Source: a virus. Taken from it: a stretch of DNA of 64,000 nucleotides. The position numbers were made by a program, and so were the translations under genes. Where the stretch lies: IMG/VR virus record IMGVR_UViG_3300002307_000003; one strand, written 5' to 3'. Below, piece after piece: positions 1 through 7,921 of the stretch. The notes below the pieces were generated by a model. The model was not told the DNA's origin and did no database searches. It was given only the letters and a program-made list of their open reading frames with translations. The stretch's first letter is position 1. Every line of letters starts with the position of its first letter.

Positions 1-199
1 CCAATGTCACTTGGATAAATCCGAAACCCCAATGTCACTTGGATAAATCAATAACCCAATGTCATTTGGATAAACCCCAATGTCACTTGGATTGCTGCAA
101 AACCAAATGTCACTTGGATTATGGCAAATTGCAATCGCACCCAGGCGTGACCCGATGTCACTTGGATAAATTTAAAACCCCAATGTCACTTGGATAAAT
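1..199 (+). repeat. Array of seven ~20-bp direct repeats (iterons), consensus CCAATGTCACTTGGATAAAT
   Basis: Core ATGTCA(C/T)TTGGAT starts at 4, 32, 59, 80, 107, 155 and 183, all in the same orientation. The array touches the window start, so it may be truncated. The TTGGATAA half resembles the complement of a DnaA box (TGTGGATAA). Confidence 0.9.
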
Positions 200-204
200 T
201 TCGC

Positions 205-233
205 TTGACATGTATCTAGGAATTTGAGATACT
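205..233 (+). promoter_or_regulatory. sigma70-like promoter downstream of the iterons
   Basis: TTGACA (205-210), 17-bp spacer, GATACT (228-233). It lies 39 nt upstream of ATG 272. Confidence 0.4.
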
Positions 234-271
234 CACCAGGCAATACTTAACTACCACAAAAGGAGAAACAA

Positions 272-658
272 ATGTTATTAAATATGCAGTATAAAACACA
301 CAACGATATTAAAAGTATCAATGTGACAGGAACCTCATTACGAGGTGCCATCGATTGTAGCTTTGATCAATTAGTAGAAGCTTTTGGTAAACCTATGTAT
401 AACACAAGCGGCGACGATAAAGTCAAAGCTGAATGGTATGTAGAATTTGACGATGATACTGTCGCCACGATCTATGATTGGAAATCTAACCTTGACCCAG
501 AAGATAATACCGACTGGCACATAGGTGGATTTGCAAAGGGTGATCCTACAAACTATGTGTTAGCCATATTGGCAATGCTTGCTTTAGACAAAGTGCCATC
601 AGATGATGACACACCATCATTGCCGCAAGTTAATTTTTATTCAACAGTAACTCATTAA
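272..658 (+). CDS. hypothetical early protein
   Basis: 128-aa ORF with AAGGAG upstream of the ATG. No motif recognised. Confidence 0.7.
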   Translation: MLLNMQYKTHNDIKSINVTGTSLRGAIDCSFDQLVEAFGKPMYNTSGDDKVKAEWYVEFDDDTVATIYDWKSNLDPEDNTDWHIGGFAKGDPTNYVLAILAMLALDKVPSDDDTPSLPQVNFYSTVTH

Positions 659-668
659 GGAGAATAAC

Positions 669-821
669 ATGACCAAGAAAAGAATCGTAACACACAGGCA
701 GTTAGCTAGGCATAATGGTTGGCATAACGAATACCATGATGATATAGAACATGACCCGATTGATAAAGCAGCATGGTGCGTCATTATCTTCTGTATTGTT
801 TTGTTTATATTCTTGGTGTGA
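669..821 (+). CDS. small membrane protein (50 aa)
   Basis: Below the ORF-track cutoff. AAGGAG RBS, ATG at 669, TGA at 819-821. C-terminal hydrophobic helix AAWCVIIFCIVLFIFLV. Confidence 0.5.
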   Translation: MTKKRIVTHRQLARHNGWHNEYHDDIEHDPIDKAAWCVIIFCIVLFIFLV

Positions 822-827
822 CCTATC

Positions 828-1085
828 ATGATTACTATATCTGTTGAAATCACACAAGACCAATATGACACAATTATCATTGATGCTTTGAGTCATAGCT
901 TTACTACCTTATATAAAGATTATGAAAAAACTAAAGATGAGTCGTTGATGGAATACATCACAGCTTATCGTGTAGTCTTAAATGATTATATGAGACCTAG
1001 TGAATTTGAAGCATTACTTGATAAGATTAAAAAGACTAAAAAATATGATGGCAAAAGATTGACCGATGCCAATAATGGTCTATAA
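828..1085 (+). CDS. hypothetical protein
   Basis: 85-aa ORF packed co-directionally with its neighbours. No clear SD. Confidence 0.5.
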   Translation: MITISVEITQDQYDTIIIDALSHSFTTLYKDYEKTKDESLMEYITAYRVVLNDYMRPSEFEALLDKIKKTKKYDGKRLTDANNGL

Positions 1086-1119
1086 TAGATCTTGCAACTT
1101 AACCACCAAGGAGAATATT

Positions 1120-1401
1120 ATGAATGACGATTTAGTTAAAACCATTGACACTTTAGGCATGATTGATAAACAAATCAAAGAACTTGAAGCATCTGCGCGT
1201 AAATTAAAAGACGCGTTGATTGCCAGAGGTGTTGGCAAGTACGACGGCAATTTGTTCCAAGTCAACGTGCAACAATTCGATCGCGCGGCAATTAGCCCAA
1301 CGCTTGTTCGAGAATTAGCAGATGATAACTTTGTGTCCTCTGTGACCGAAATTAAAACTGTCAACGCCGTAGTAGTAAAACCTTTGTCGCTAGGTATCTA
1401 A
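1120..1401 (+). CDS. hypothetical protein
   Basis: The internal ATG at 1120, preceded by AAGGAG, is preferred over the track start at 1066. N-terminal coiled-coil-like region. Confidence 0.6.
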   Translation: MNDDLVKTIDTLGMIDKQIKELEASARKLKDALIARGVGKYDGNLFQVNVQQFDRAAISPTLVRELADDNFVSSVTEIKTVNAVVVKPLSLGI

Positions 1402-1583
1402 TGCGACAACCCTCATACGAACTACGAGATGAAACCGGCGAAGCAATTCGTCGGTTTTATTCTATGGAGTTTGCAGAAAAGTTTTTATGTCAAGGCTACA
1501 CCATCACCAAATTAAATCTTCCTAAACCACCATCCCCATATCAGCAATTACTTTCCCTCAACCTTGGAGACCCACCATTTTGA
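1401..1583 (+). CDS. hypothetical protein
   Basis: 60-aa ORF with a TAATG overlap onto the upstream gene. Confidence 0.45.
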   Translation: MRQPSYELRDETGEAIRRFYSMEFAEKFLCQGYTITKLNLPKPPSPYQQLLSLNLGDPPF

Positions 1584-2161
1584 CAGAAGAACATCAACCC
1601 AATGATATACTCACAGACTATTTACAGTCGCTCTATGGTGTGGACATACTACCTACGGAAGAAGAACACCGCCTGGCTTATCGCATCGCATCAGGTGACC
1701 AAAAAGCCCTCGATAAACTTATCAAGCATAATTTAAGATTTGTAGTTTATGTCATACGCAAAATGACAGCTTGGAAATATGGCAAAATGCCACTTGAAGA
1801 TTTGCTTGCTATGGGTAATGAACAACTTACTATTGCAGCAAAGAGATGGACACCTACAAACAATGCACGCTTTGCAACTTATGCTAGATCTTTTATTGAA
1901 AAAGGAGTACGACGCGAATTGGATAATACGGCTAACCTCATACGCCTTCCTGTAAATATAATGGAAGCTGTTAAGAAAATGAATTATAATGAACGTGCCT
2001 TATCACAAGTTTTAGGTCGCAAACCAAAAATAAGTGAAGTAGCCACAATGATGGGTGTCGATGAGGAAAGAGTCAGACTACTACAATCTTACCTTACACG
2101 TGAACCCATATCACTCGAACACTTAAATGAAGAAAGATTTTTGGAGGAACAAGATGACTAA
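1580..2161 (+). CDS. sigma-70 family RNA polymerase sigma factor
   Basis: Region 2-like DKLIKHNLRFVVYVIRKM. Region 4 HTH-like KISEVATMMGVDEERVRLLQ. TTG start with GGAG about 11 nt upstream; the start codon is uncertain. Confidence 0.75.
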   Translation: MTEEHQPNDILTDYLQSLYGVDILPTEEEHRLAYRIASGDQKALDKLIKHNLRFVVYVIRKMTAWKYGKMPLEDLLAMGNEQLTIAAKRWTPTNNARFATYARSFIEKGVRRELDNTANLIRLPVNIMEAVKKMNYNERALSQVLGRKPKISEVATMMGVDEERVRLLQSYLTREPISLEHLNEERFLEEQDD

Positions 2162-2414
2162 CGTTATACAAATCAAACGCCGTACTAAAGATGTAGAAAA
2201 AGAATTGGCGGCAGAAAAAGGATTGGCAGTACCTACAGATGTCTTTGATAAAGAGGGTAACTTTAAAAAGATAGACTTTCATAATAGCTCAGGCAACTTT
2301 ATCTTAGAAGCACTATGGGACGACCGCGATGAACAGAATGAAGAGAATCGCATTGCTTTTCGTAAATGGGCTTATCACATGATGAAGAATAAGGGGTATG
2401 CAATTGAACTTTGA
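2154..2414 (+). CDS. hypothetical protein
   Basis: ATG at 2154 preceded by GGAGG, preferred over the track start at 2127. Confidence 0.55.
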   Translation: MTNVIQIKRRTKDVEKELAAEKGLAVPTDVFDKEGNFKKIDFHNSSGNFILEALWDDRDEQNEENRIAFRKWAYHMMKNKGYAIEL

Positions 2415-2512
2415 TAATGAAAAGACATGGTGGCAAGTTGCAAAATGGTACGTAGTTATCCTATTTACTTACTTTTTTGGCAGAATACTATATGATTATG
2501 TTATTTGCTATT

Positions 2513-2782
2513 TGTAAGTCATTGATTAATAACACTTTGTCACACTTGTCACACTTGTCCCCCTCAAAACACACATTGGTACACCCCTGTAATTTATTTT
2601 ATTTTATTATAAATTGAATAATAACACAGACAAGTGTGACAAGTATGACAACTTGTTTAAAATCAATGGGTTACAGAGGGGTAAAGGGTGACACACAATT
2701 GTAACAGAATTGTAACAACCCTTTATAATCAAGCACTTAGCTAAAAAGAAGTATGACAAACTGTTATAAATCAAGGACTTAC
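2513..2782. repeat. 270-bp repeat-rich control module A (reverse complement of module B at 60841-61110)
   Basis: Bounded by inverted TGTAAGTCATTGATT / AATCAAGGACTTAC. Contains tandem TTGTCACAC units and their inverted copies (GTGTGACAAG), AATTGTAACA repeats and an AT-rich centre. Roughly 80% identical by eye to the reverse complement of 60841-61110. Confidence 0.9.
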
Positions 2783-2790
2783 GATACTCC

Positions 2791-2820
2791 TTGACAGAGT
2801 AGAAAAAATATATCTATAAT
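2791..2820 (+). promoter_or_regulatory. near-consensus sigma70 promoter for the primase operon
   Basis: TTGACA (2791-2796), 18-bp spacer, TATAAT (2815-2820), immediately after module A. Confidence 0.6.
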
Positions 2821-2833
2821 TTTGAACAAAATT

Positions 2834-2843
2834 TGCATTAGTT
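2834..2843 (+). promoter_or_regulatory. TGCATTAGT motif copy (no GGGCG partner)
   Basis: TGCATTAGTT, 9 nt before ATG 2853 and 13 nt after the TATAAT. Confidence 0.35.
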
Positions 2844-2852
2844 AGGACGAAT

Positions 2853-5180
2853 ATGGAAAACACCACGGATAATTTAAAACCACAATGCTTGCCCGTTAAT
2901 ATGGCAAACATTCCACTCGAACTCAAAACGATACCGCGTTGGGTATTATGGCGTATGGTACAGATGGGCGATGAAAACGCACCACGATGGTCAAAAATGC
3001 CAGTCCAGCCCAATGGCCAATCTGCTTCATCAACCAATGCAGAACAATGGACAGACTTCATGACTGTCGAACACGCATACAACTCCAACCCAGGCAAGTT
3101 TGATGGCATAGGCTTCGTCTTCTCGAAAGATGACAACTTAGTAGGCATAGACCTAGACGACTGCCTTGATCCCGTCACTCACCAATTTATCTCGCCCGCA
3201 TCAGAGCAAATTGCGACGCGACTCAACGGGTATATGGAAGTCTCACCCTCGGGCACAGGTGTTAAGATATTCACACGTGCAACGCTTCCCGCCGCACATG
3301 TAGATCACTCGATCGGGTTAGAAGTTTATCCTCACTCACGATACTTTACTGTGACGGGTCATCACATCTCAGGTACGATTCCTGATGATGAACAAGACGT
3401 AACTGCTATAGTGCCGCCGAGACAACTTACCAAAACAGGTGACGCGTTCGCGGACTATACACCCCCGCTCGAAGGATATGATATTGCCAAAGTAGAATCG
3501 GAGATCCTACCGAACTACTCACCCGATACAGGTTATGCAGAGTGGTTAAAGATCGGCGCAATTCTTCATCATCAAGGTCAAGGTGACATTGAGTGGTGTG
3601 AGTTATGGGACAGATGGTCAAGCCAATCGGGTAAGTATCAATCGACAGGGCTCAACTCGTGTGAATCCAAATGGAGAACGTTTAAAGGCAGTGGTGCCAC
3701 GTTGCGCTCACTTGTGTTTGAAGTGAATCAGCAATTACTAAAGCAAGCGCTCGCCAATGGGGACACGATTTTAGACAACAACGTGATGGCGCACGCTCGA
3801 GTATTCCTCGATAGTTTTTACTCATCAGAAGAAGGTTACCGAATCGTACATTATGCCGATGACTTTTATATTTATGCAGACACACACTATGAGATCATAG
3901 AAGAATTAACTGTCAGATCAGACCTATATAAGTTTTTAGATAAGTGCAAGAAGTTAGGAAGGAAGCAAGAGATCTTACCATTTAATCCAACGCCCGCATC
4001 GGTATCCGCCGCATTGGATGCGATCAAGTCGATCACACACTTACCTAACCACCCGAATACAAAACCACCGATATGGTTAATGCAGCATCGTCATAATAAA
4101 CCACCAGCATCTAAATTGATTTCGTTACATAATGGATTATTCCATTTAGAAGATGATGTATTGATACCACACTCATTAGGATTCTTTACACAGAATTCTT
4201 TAAACTTTGGCTATGATGATTCAGCATCATGTCCAACGTGGTTAAACTTTTTAAACTCAGTATGGGAGGAAGACCATGAATCAATCGAAACCTTACAAGA
4301 AATGTTCGGCTACATCCTCAGCGGGGACACACGCCAACAAAAGTTTTTTAACATCATTGGCCCTCGAAGATCAGGCAAGGGAACGATCAATAAAGTACTC
4401 GTGTCTCTCCTCGGACAACATAACACGGTCGCTCCCGAATTGGGCGAACTATGTGATAGCTTTGGTCTACAGCCTTGGCTTGGCAAGTTGCTTGCTAGTT
4501 TTACTGATGCCCGCGCTCCAGAGCGTAACCGTAATGCTGTTGTGTCTCAACTCCTTCGTATCGTTGGTGGTGATACCATTACTGTTAATAGGAAGAACAA
4601 AGAATCATGGAACGGATACTTACCCACAAGAATCGTCATCTATTCCAACGAAGTATTACAACTCACAGAAAATTCAAACGCCCTCACAGGACGAATGGTG
4701 GTATTAAAAATGACTAAATCTTTCTATAACAAGGAAGACACAGAACTTGCACGTAAGTTAGAAAATGAATTATCTGGTATTTTTAATTGGGCGATGGAAG
4801 GATTACGTAGACGATTAACACGTGGTGGATATTTCACACAACCTAAATCGGGGGCTTCATATTTAGACTTGATGACTGAATTGGGAAATCCAATCGGTTT
4901 ATTTGTAGAAGATGCATTAGTATTTGATCCGGCGGCATCTGTATCCAAAGACGATGTGTTTACATGTTACTCACGTTGGGCAATTAAGAAGAAGTTACCG
5001 CCTGGCACAGAGTTTTCATTCAAGCGTCGATTCTTGGCAGCAACGCAAGAGCATCGTATTGAAGTGGGACTACTACGCCAAGATGGAAAACGAGACCATG
5101 TATACATGGGCATCAAACTTAATGACGAAGCTCAAAAGTATATTAATAGTGTTATTACATTTGAGGAGGGTGCATTTTGA
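2853..5180 (+). CDS. bifunctional primase-polymerase / SF3 (P4/D5-type) helicase
   Basis: 775 aa. Prim-pol-like N-terminus (GIGFVFSKDDNLVGIDLDDC). P4/D5-type C-terminal domain with Walker A GPRRSGKGT and IVIYSNE. Confidence 0.85.
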   Translation: MENTTDNLKPQCLPVNMANIPLELKTIPRWVLWRMVQMGDENAPRWSKMPVQPNGQSASSTNAEQWTDFMTVEHAYNSNPGKFDGIGFVFSKDDNLVGIDLDDCLDPVTHQFISPASEQIATRLNGYMEVSPSGTGVKIFTRATLPAAHVDHSIGLEVYPHSRYFTVTGHHISGTIPDDEQDVTAIVPPRQLTKTGDAFADYTPPLEGYDIAKVESEILPNYSPDTGYAEWLKIGAILHHQGQGDIEWCELWDRWSSQSGKYQSTGLNSCESKWRTFKGSGATLRSLVFEVNQQLLKQALANGDTILDNNVMAHARVFLDSFYSSEEGYRIVHYADDFYIYADTHYEIIEELTVRSDLYKFLDKCKKLGRKQEILPFNPTPASVSAALDAIKSITHLPNHPNTKPPIWLMQHRHNKPPASKLISLHNGLFHLEDDVLIPHSLGFFTQNSLNFGYDDSASCPTWLNFLNSVWEEDHESIETLQEMFGYILSGDTRQQKFFNIIGPRRSGKGTINKVLVSLLGQHNTVAPELGELCDSFGLQPWLGKLLASFTDARAPERNRNAVVSQLLRIVGGDTITVNRKNKESWNGYLPTRIVIYSNEVLQLTENSNALTGRMVVLKMTKSFYNKEDTELARKLENELSGIFNWAMEGLRRRLTRGGYFTQPKSGASYLDLMTELGNPIGLFVEDALVFDPAASVSKDDVFTCYSRWAIKKKLPPGTEFSFKRRFLAATQEHRIEVGLLRQDGKRDHVYMGIKLNDEAQKYINSVITFEEGAF

Positions 5181-5314
5181 TGTTAGATTTTCTCGTAGCA
5201 TTTTCGTTATATCATTTTCAAGCTGATTATAAATGGTGGATTGGGTTTATAATTGTGGTATTAATAGAAACAATTCAAGACATTAATAATAAATATGGAG
5301 TTAAGAATGATTGA
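5180..5314 (+). CDS. possible small membrane protein (44 aa)
   Basis: GAGGAGGG about 10 nt upstream of ATG 5180. Hydrophobic WWIGFIIVVLI. Below the ORF-track cutoff. Confidence 0.35.
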   Translation: MLDFLVAFSLYHFQADYKWWIGFIIVVLIETIQDINNKYGVKND

Positions 5315-5924
5315 ACCAAATTTTGAATTGTTATTTCCTACCCCTGTTATGTTTAATAGCATCGGCAGAGACTTTACTAAAGAAGAACTTGCATACATAG
5401 AAAGCCATGCAACAGCTACCAATCGTAATGTAGGTAACGTAACATCTAACAACAACTATATACTTAATGAACCTGAGATGGCAGACTTGAATAAGTTTGT
5501 TACTGAACAGCTAAATGAATATGTTAAGCGAGTATACAAACCTAAGTTTCCTGCTGAAGCTTTTGTTACACAGTCATGGCTTAATTGGACTAAGAAGGGT
5601 GAATTCCATCATAAGCACGAACATCCAAATAGTTTTATATCAGGTGTGCTATACCTATCTACAGATTCCACTAAAGACAAGATTACTTTTCATAGAGCAG
5701 GTTACAAACAATTACAATTAGTTAGTGATACCTTTGACATATACAACTCTGACTCGTGGTGGTTCAATGTTAAGACGGGTGGCATAGTGATGTTTCCTTC
5801 AAGCTTAACGCATCATGTAGAAGATGTAATAGCCGATGATGTACGAGTAAGTCTTGCATTTAATTCGTTTATCAAAGGAACACTCGGCGATAACAAGTCA
5901 TTGACGGAGTTTAAAAATGGATAA
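5307..5924 (+). CDS. 2OG-Fe(II) oxygenase-like protein (TIGR02466-like)
   Basis: HKHEHPNSFISGVLYL and FPSSLTHHV motifs, typical of the double-stranded beta-helix family common in marine phages. ATG 5307 (GGAG upstream) is preferred over 5295. Confidence 0.65.
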   Translation: MIEPNFELLFPTPVMFNSIGRDFTKEELAYIESHATATNRNVGNVTSNNNYILNEPEMADLNKFVTEQLNEYVKRVYKPKFPAEAFVTQSWLNWTKKGEFHHKHEHPNSFISGVLYLSTDSTKDKITFHRAGYKQLQLVSDTFDIYNSDSWWFNVKTGGIVMFPSSLTHHVEDVIADDVRVSLAFNSFIKGTLGDNKSLTEFKNG

Positions 5925-6477
5925 GTTAACAGACTACATTAAAGTATATCCTTGGCTTGATAAAGAGTTATGTGACCAGATAAGAAAAGAAATAGATGAA
6001 GCTACATGGAAACAACATGTATTTTATAATGCTGATGGTAAGTATGTTACTCAAAGTGGTGACCAAGAACTTGATGTATCGTGGGATAACATAGCTACAC
6101 GCGATAAGCTTACTCAAAAAGTATGGGAAGCTATCAGCCAATACATCTTGACCGATTTTAAGAAGGATTACTTTAATGGATGGCAAGGCTTTACCCATAT
6201 AAGATTTAATCGGTATAAAGAAGGTAAGACTATGGCTAAACATTGTGATCATATTCATGACATGTTTGATGGTAAAATGAAAGGCATACCTACATTATCT
6301 ATCGTAGGCTTTCTTAATGATGATTATGAAGGTGGAGAATTTATCATGTTTGATGACATGGAAATTAAACTAAAACAGGGGGACATATTAATATTTCCAT
6401 CTAACTTTTTGTACCCACATAAAGTTAATCCAGTGACCAAAGGGATACGAGATAGTTTCGTATCATGGGTATGGTAG
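5917..6477 (+). CDS. prolyl 4-hydroxylase-like 2OG-Fe(II) oxygenase
   Basis: HCDH..D metal motif, GGEFIMF, FPSNFLYPHKVNPV and the R in KGIRDSF. GGAG RBS. Confidence 0.65.
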   Translation: MDKLTDYIKVYPWLDKELCDQIRKEIDEATWKQHVFYNADGKYVTQSGDQELDVSWDNIATRDKLTQKVWEAISQYILTDFKKDYFNGWQGFTHIRFNRYKEGKTMAKHCDHIHDMFDGKMKGIPTLSIVGFLNDDYEGGEFIMFDDMEIKLKQGDILIFPSNFLYPHKVNPVTKGIRDSFVSWVW

Positions 6478-6539
6478 TAACCACTAAAAAAGAAATGATT
6501 AACAATTTATTGGAAGAAATAAATAATGAATACCATTGA
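6471..6539 (+). pseudogene. vestigial duplicate of the 5' end of gene 6758-7066
   Basis: ATGGTAGTAACCACTAAAAAAGAAATGATTAACAATTTATTGGAAGAA parallels ATGGTAACTAAAAAAGAAATGATAGATAATTTACTTGAAGAA at 6758. The 22-codon ORF (MVVTTKKEMINNLLEEINNEYH) runs into the ACP gene start. Confidence 0.5.
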
Positions 6540-6768
6540 TGTATTAAGAGAGTTTATCAACGATAAAGTACCAACAGTTAATTTAGGGGCAATCAAGCCC
6601 GAAAGTAAATTTGACGAGCTGGGTATCGATTCGCTTGATTTAATTGATTTATTATTTGAAGTCGAAACAAGACTTGATATAAAGTTAGGTAATGATTTTC
6701 AAAACATTGAGACGATACAAGATCTCATCACTAAAATAGAAACGGTAAAGGCAAACCATGGTAACTAA
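6526..6768 (+). CDS. acyl carrier protein-like
   Basis: 80 aa. Phosphopantetheine-site motif LGIDSLDLIDLLFEVE. Confidence 0.7.
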   Translation: MNTIDVLREFINDKVPTVNLGAIKPESKFDELGIDSLDLIDLLFEVETRLDIKLGNDFQNIETIQDLITKIETVKANHGN

Positions 6769-7066
6769 AAAAGAAATGATAGATAATTTACTTGAAGAAG
6801 TTAAGATGAAACCATCTACGCTTCTTAAGCTTAAACTCGAGATTGATGACTCTGGATATTACTATGAGCTTGATCCAGCGCGTGATGTGTCTCCATATGA
6901 ATGTATGTTACTGTTTAAATTAGTCACAGTGGCCATGAATACAGAAACGCCCATTGATTTAACAAAACGGTACATTAAACTAAATAATTTAAGACGTCAC
7001 TTCATCAAAACAAACGATATCGTCGAAGAAGCAGAGTATGAAGATGACGAAGAGTTTGATGATTAA
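6758..7066 (+). CDS. hypothetical protein with acidic C-terminus
   Basis: 102-aa ORF ending EEAEYEDDEEFDD. Confidence 0.55.
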   Translation: MVTKKEMIDNLLEEVKMKPSTLLKLKLEIDDSGYYYELDPARDVSPYECMLLFKLVTVAMNTETPIDLTKRYIKLNNLRRHFIKTNDIVEEAEYEDDEEFDD

Positions 7067-7155
7067 TCTATTTAGTATATTTTATCCATTAATAATGTTG
7101 ATGTTTACCCTCATTGGGTTTGTGTCGGGATGGATCTTACATAAGGAGTTTGGAG

Positions 7156-7422
7156 ATGGCGAGAGTACTTATCAATGCATACAGGAATGTTGCAATCGAA
7201 GTATCGAGGAAAGACAAGTGGACAACGCTCATCACGGGATGGACACCCCACAAAAAGATCAAGATATTAAATAGTGAAGTCGATCGAGAGTGGACGGAGC
7301 TAGCCGATTACCCAGTGACCGCCGCGATACAACGGTTTTTAAAACCCATGCTGCAATTAGAACAAGAAATTGATGCAACAGCAATTCTAGAATTAAGGAG
7401 ATTACTAAATGACGGAAAATAA
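7156..7422 (+). CDS. hypothetical protein
   Basis: ATG 7156 preceded by AAGGAG, preferred over the track start at 7114. Confidence 0.5.
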   Translation: MARVLINAYRNVAIEVSRKDKWTTLITGWTPHKKIKILNSEVDREWTELADYPVTAAIQRFLKPMLQLEQEIDATAILELRRLLNDGK

Positions 7423-7921
7423 TATAACAGCAGAACAGTTTAAGAAATGGTGGTTTAAACATGGTAATCCGCTACGCATACCTTTTAAAGATTCAATATT
7501 TTTTACAGATAAGGTTCACTCGCTTTGTCTTTTTAGAAAAGGTCAATTTCAATTAGTACTCAATACAGTAAAACCTAACACGACTATACCCGAGCATAGG
7601 CATCCAGGTGTAGATAGTAGTCCCGTTTATTTGGGAGGTAATTTAAGATTAGCGCTTGAATCTGTAGGCTACGAAAAATCAAAAGAATGGGATAGTATGC
7701 AAAAAGAAAATCCTAAAAATGGTACGCATGCATTATTCGGAGTATCCATTGAGGGATACACAGGAGATTTACATGGTCTTCAATCTCTTGAAGGGGGAGG
7801 ATCATTTTTAGTATTTGAAAAATGGCACACCATGCCACCCACTACGGCATTACTTAATTGGGAAGGCGAACCCATTGATGAAGCGCACAAAAGGATGCTC
7901 GATGAACATAAAAAAGTATAA
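7409..7921 (+). CDS. cupin-like protein
   Basis: AAGGAG RBS. HRHPGVDS and a later HG, consistent with a cupin metal site. Weak call. Confidence 0.45.
   Translation: MTENNITAEQFKKWWFKHGNPLRIPFKDSIFFTDKVHSLCLFRKGQFQLVLNTVKPNTTIPEHRHPGVDSSPVYLGGNLRLALESVGYEKSKEWDSMQKENPKNGTHALFGVSIEGYTGDLHGLQSLEGGGSFLVFEKWHTMPPTTALLNWEGEPIDEAHKRMLDEHKKV

Noticed and set aside
1-199. Possible CRISPR array, considered for the regular repeats at 1-199 and at 61371-61576.
   Set aside because: The repeats are only about 13-20 bp, with 8-35 bp irregular spacers that are partly related to each other. No cas genes are present. The layout fits iterons or operators better.
641-896. Minus-strand ORFs 641-880 and 702-896.
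   Set aside because: They are antisense to tightly packed plus-strand early genes that have good RBSs. They have no RBS and their composition is that of AT-rich antisense sequence.
2771-3178. Minus-strand ORF 2771-3178, and other antisense ORFs within the primase, RNR and polymerase genes (for example 3427-3621, 15006-15377, 17618-18006).
   Set aside because: They overlap genes with strong catalytic motifs on the opposite strand, and 2771-3178 would run through the primase promoter. Nothing supports them.
7038-7274. ORF 7038-7274, a TM-like segment followed by a Cys-rich tail.
   Set aside because: It overlaps 6758-7066 and the better-supported 7156-7422 (AAGGAG RBS). It may be a real small membrane protein starting at ATG 7059, but I cannot support it from sequence alone.
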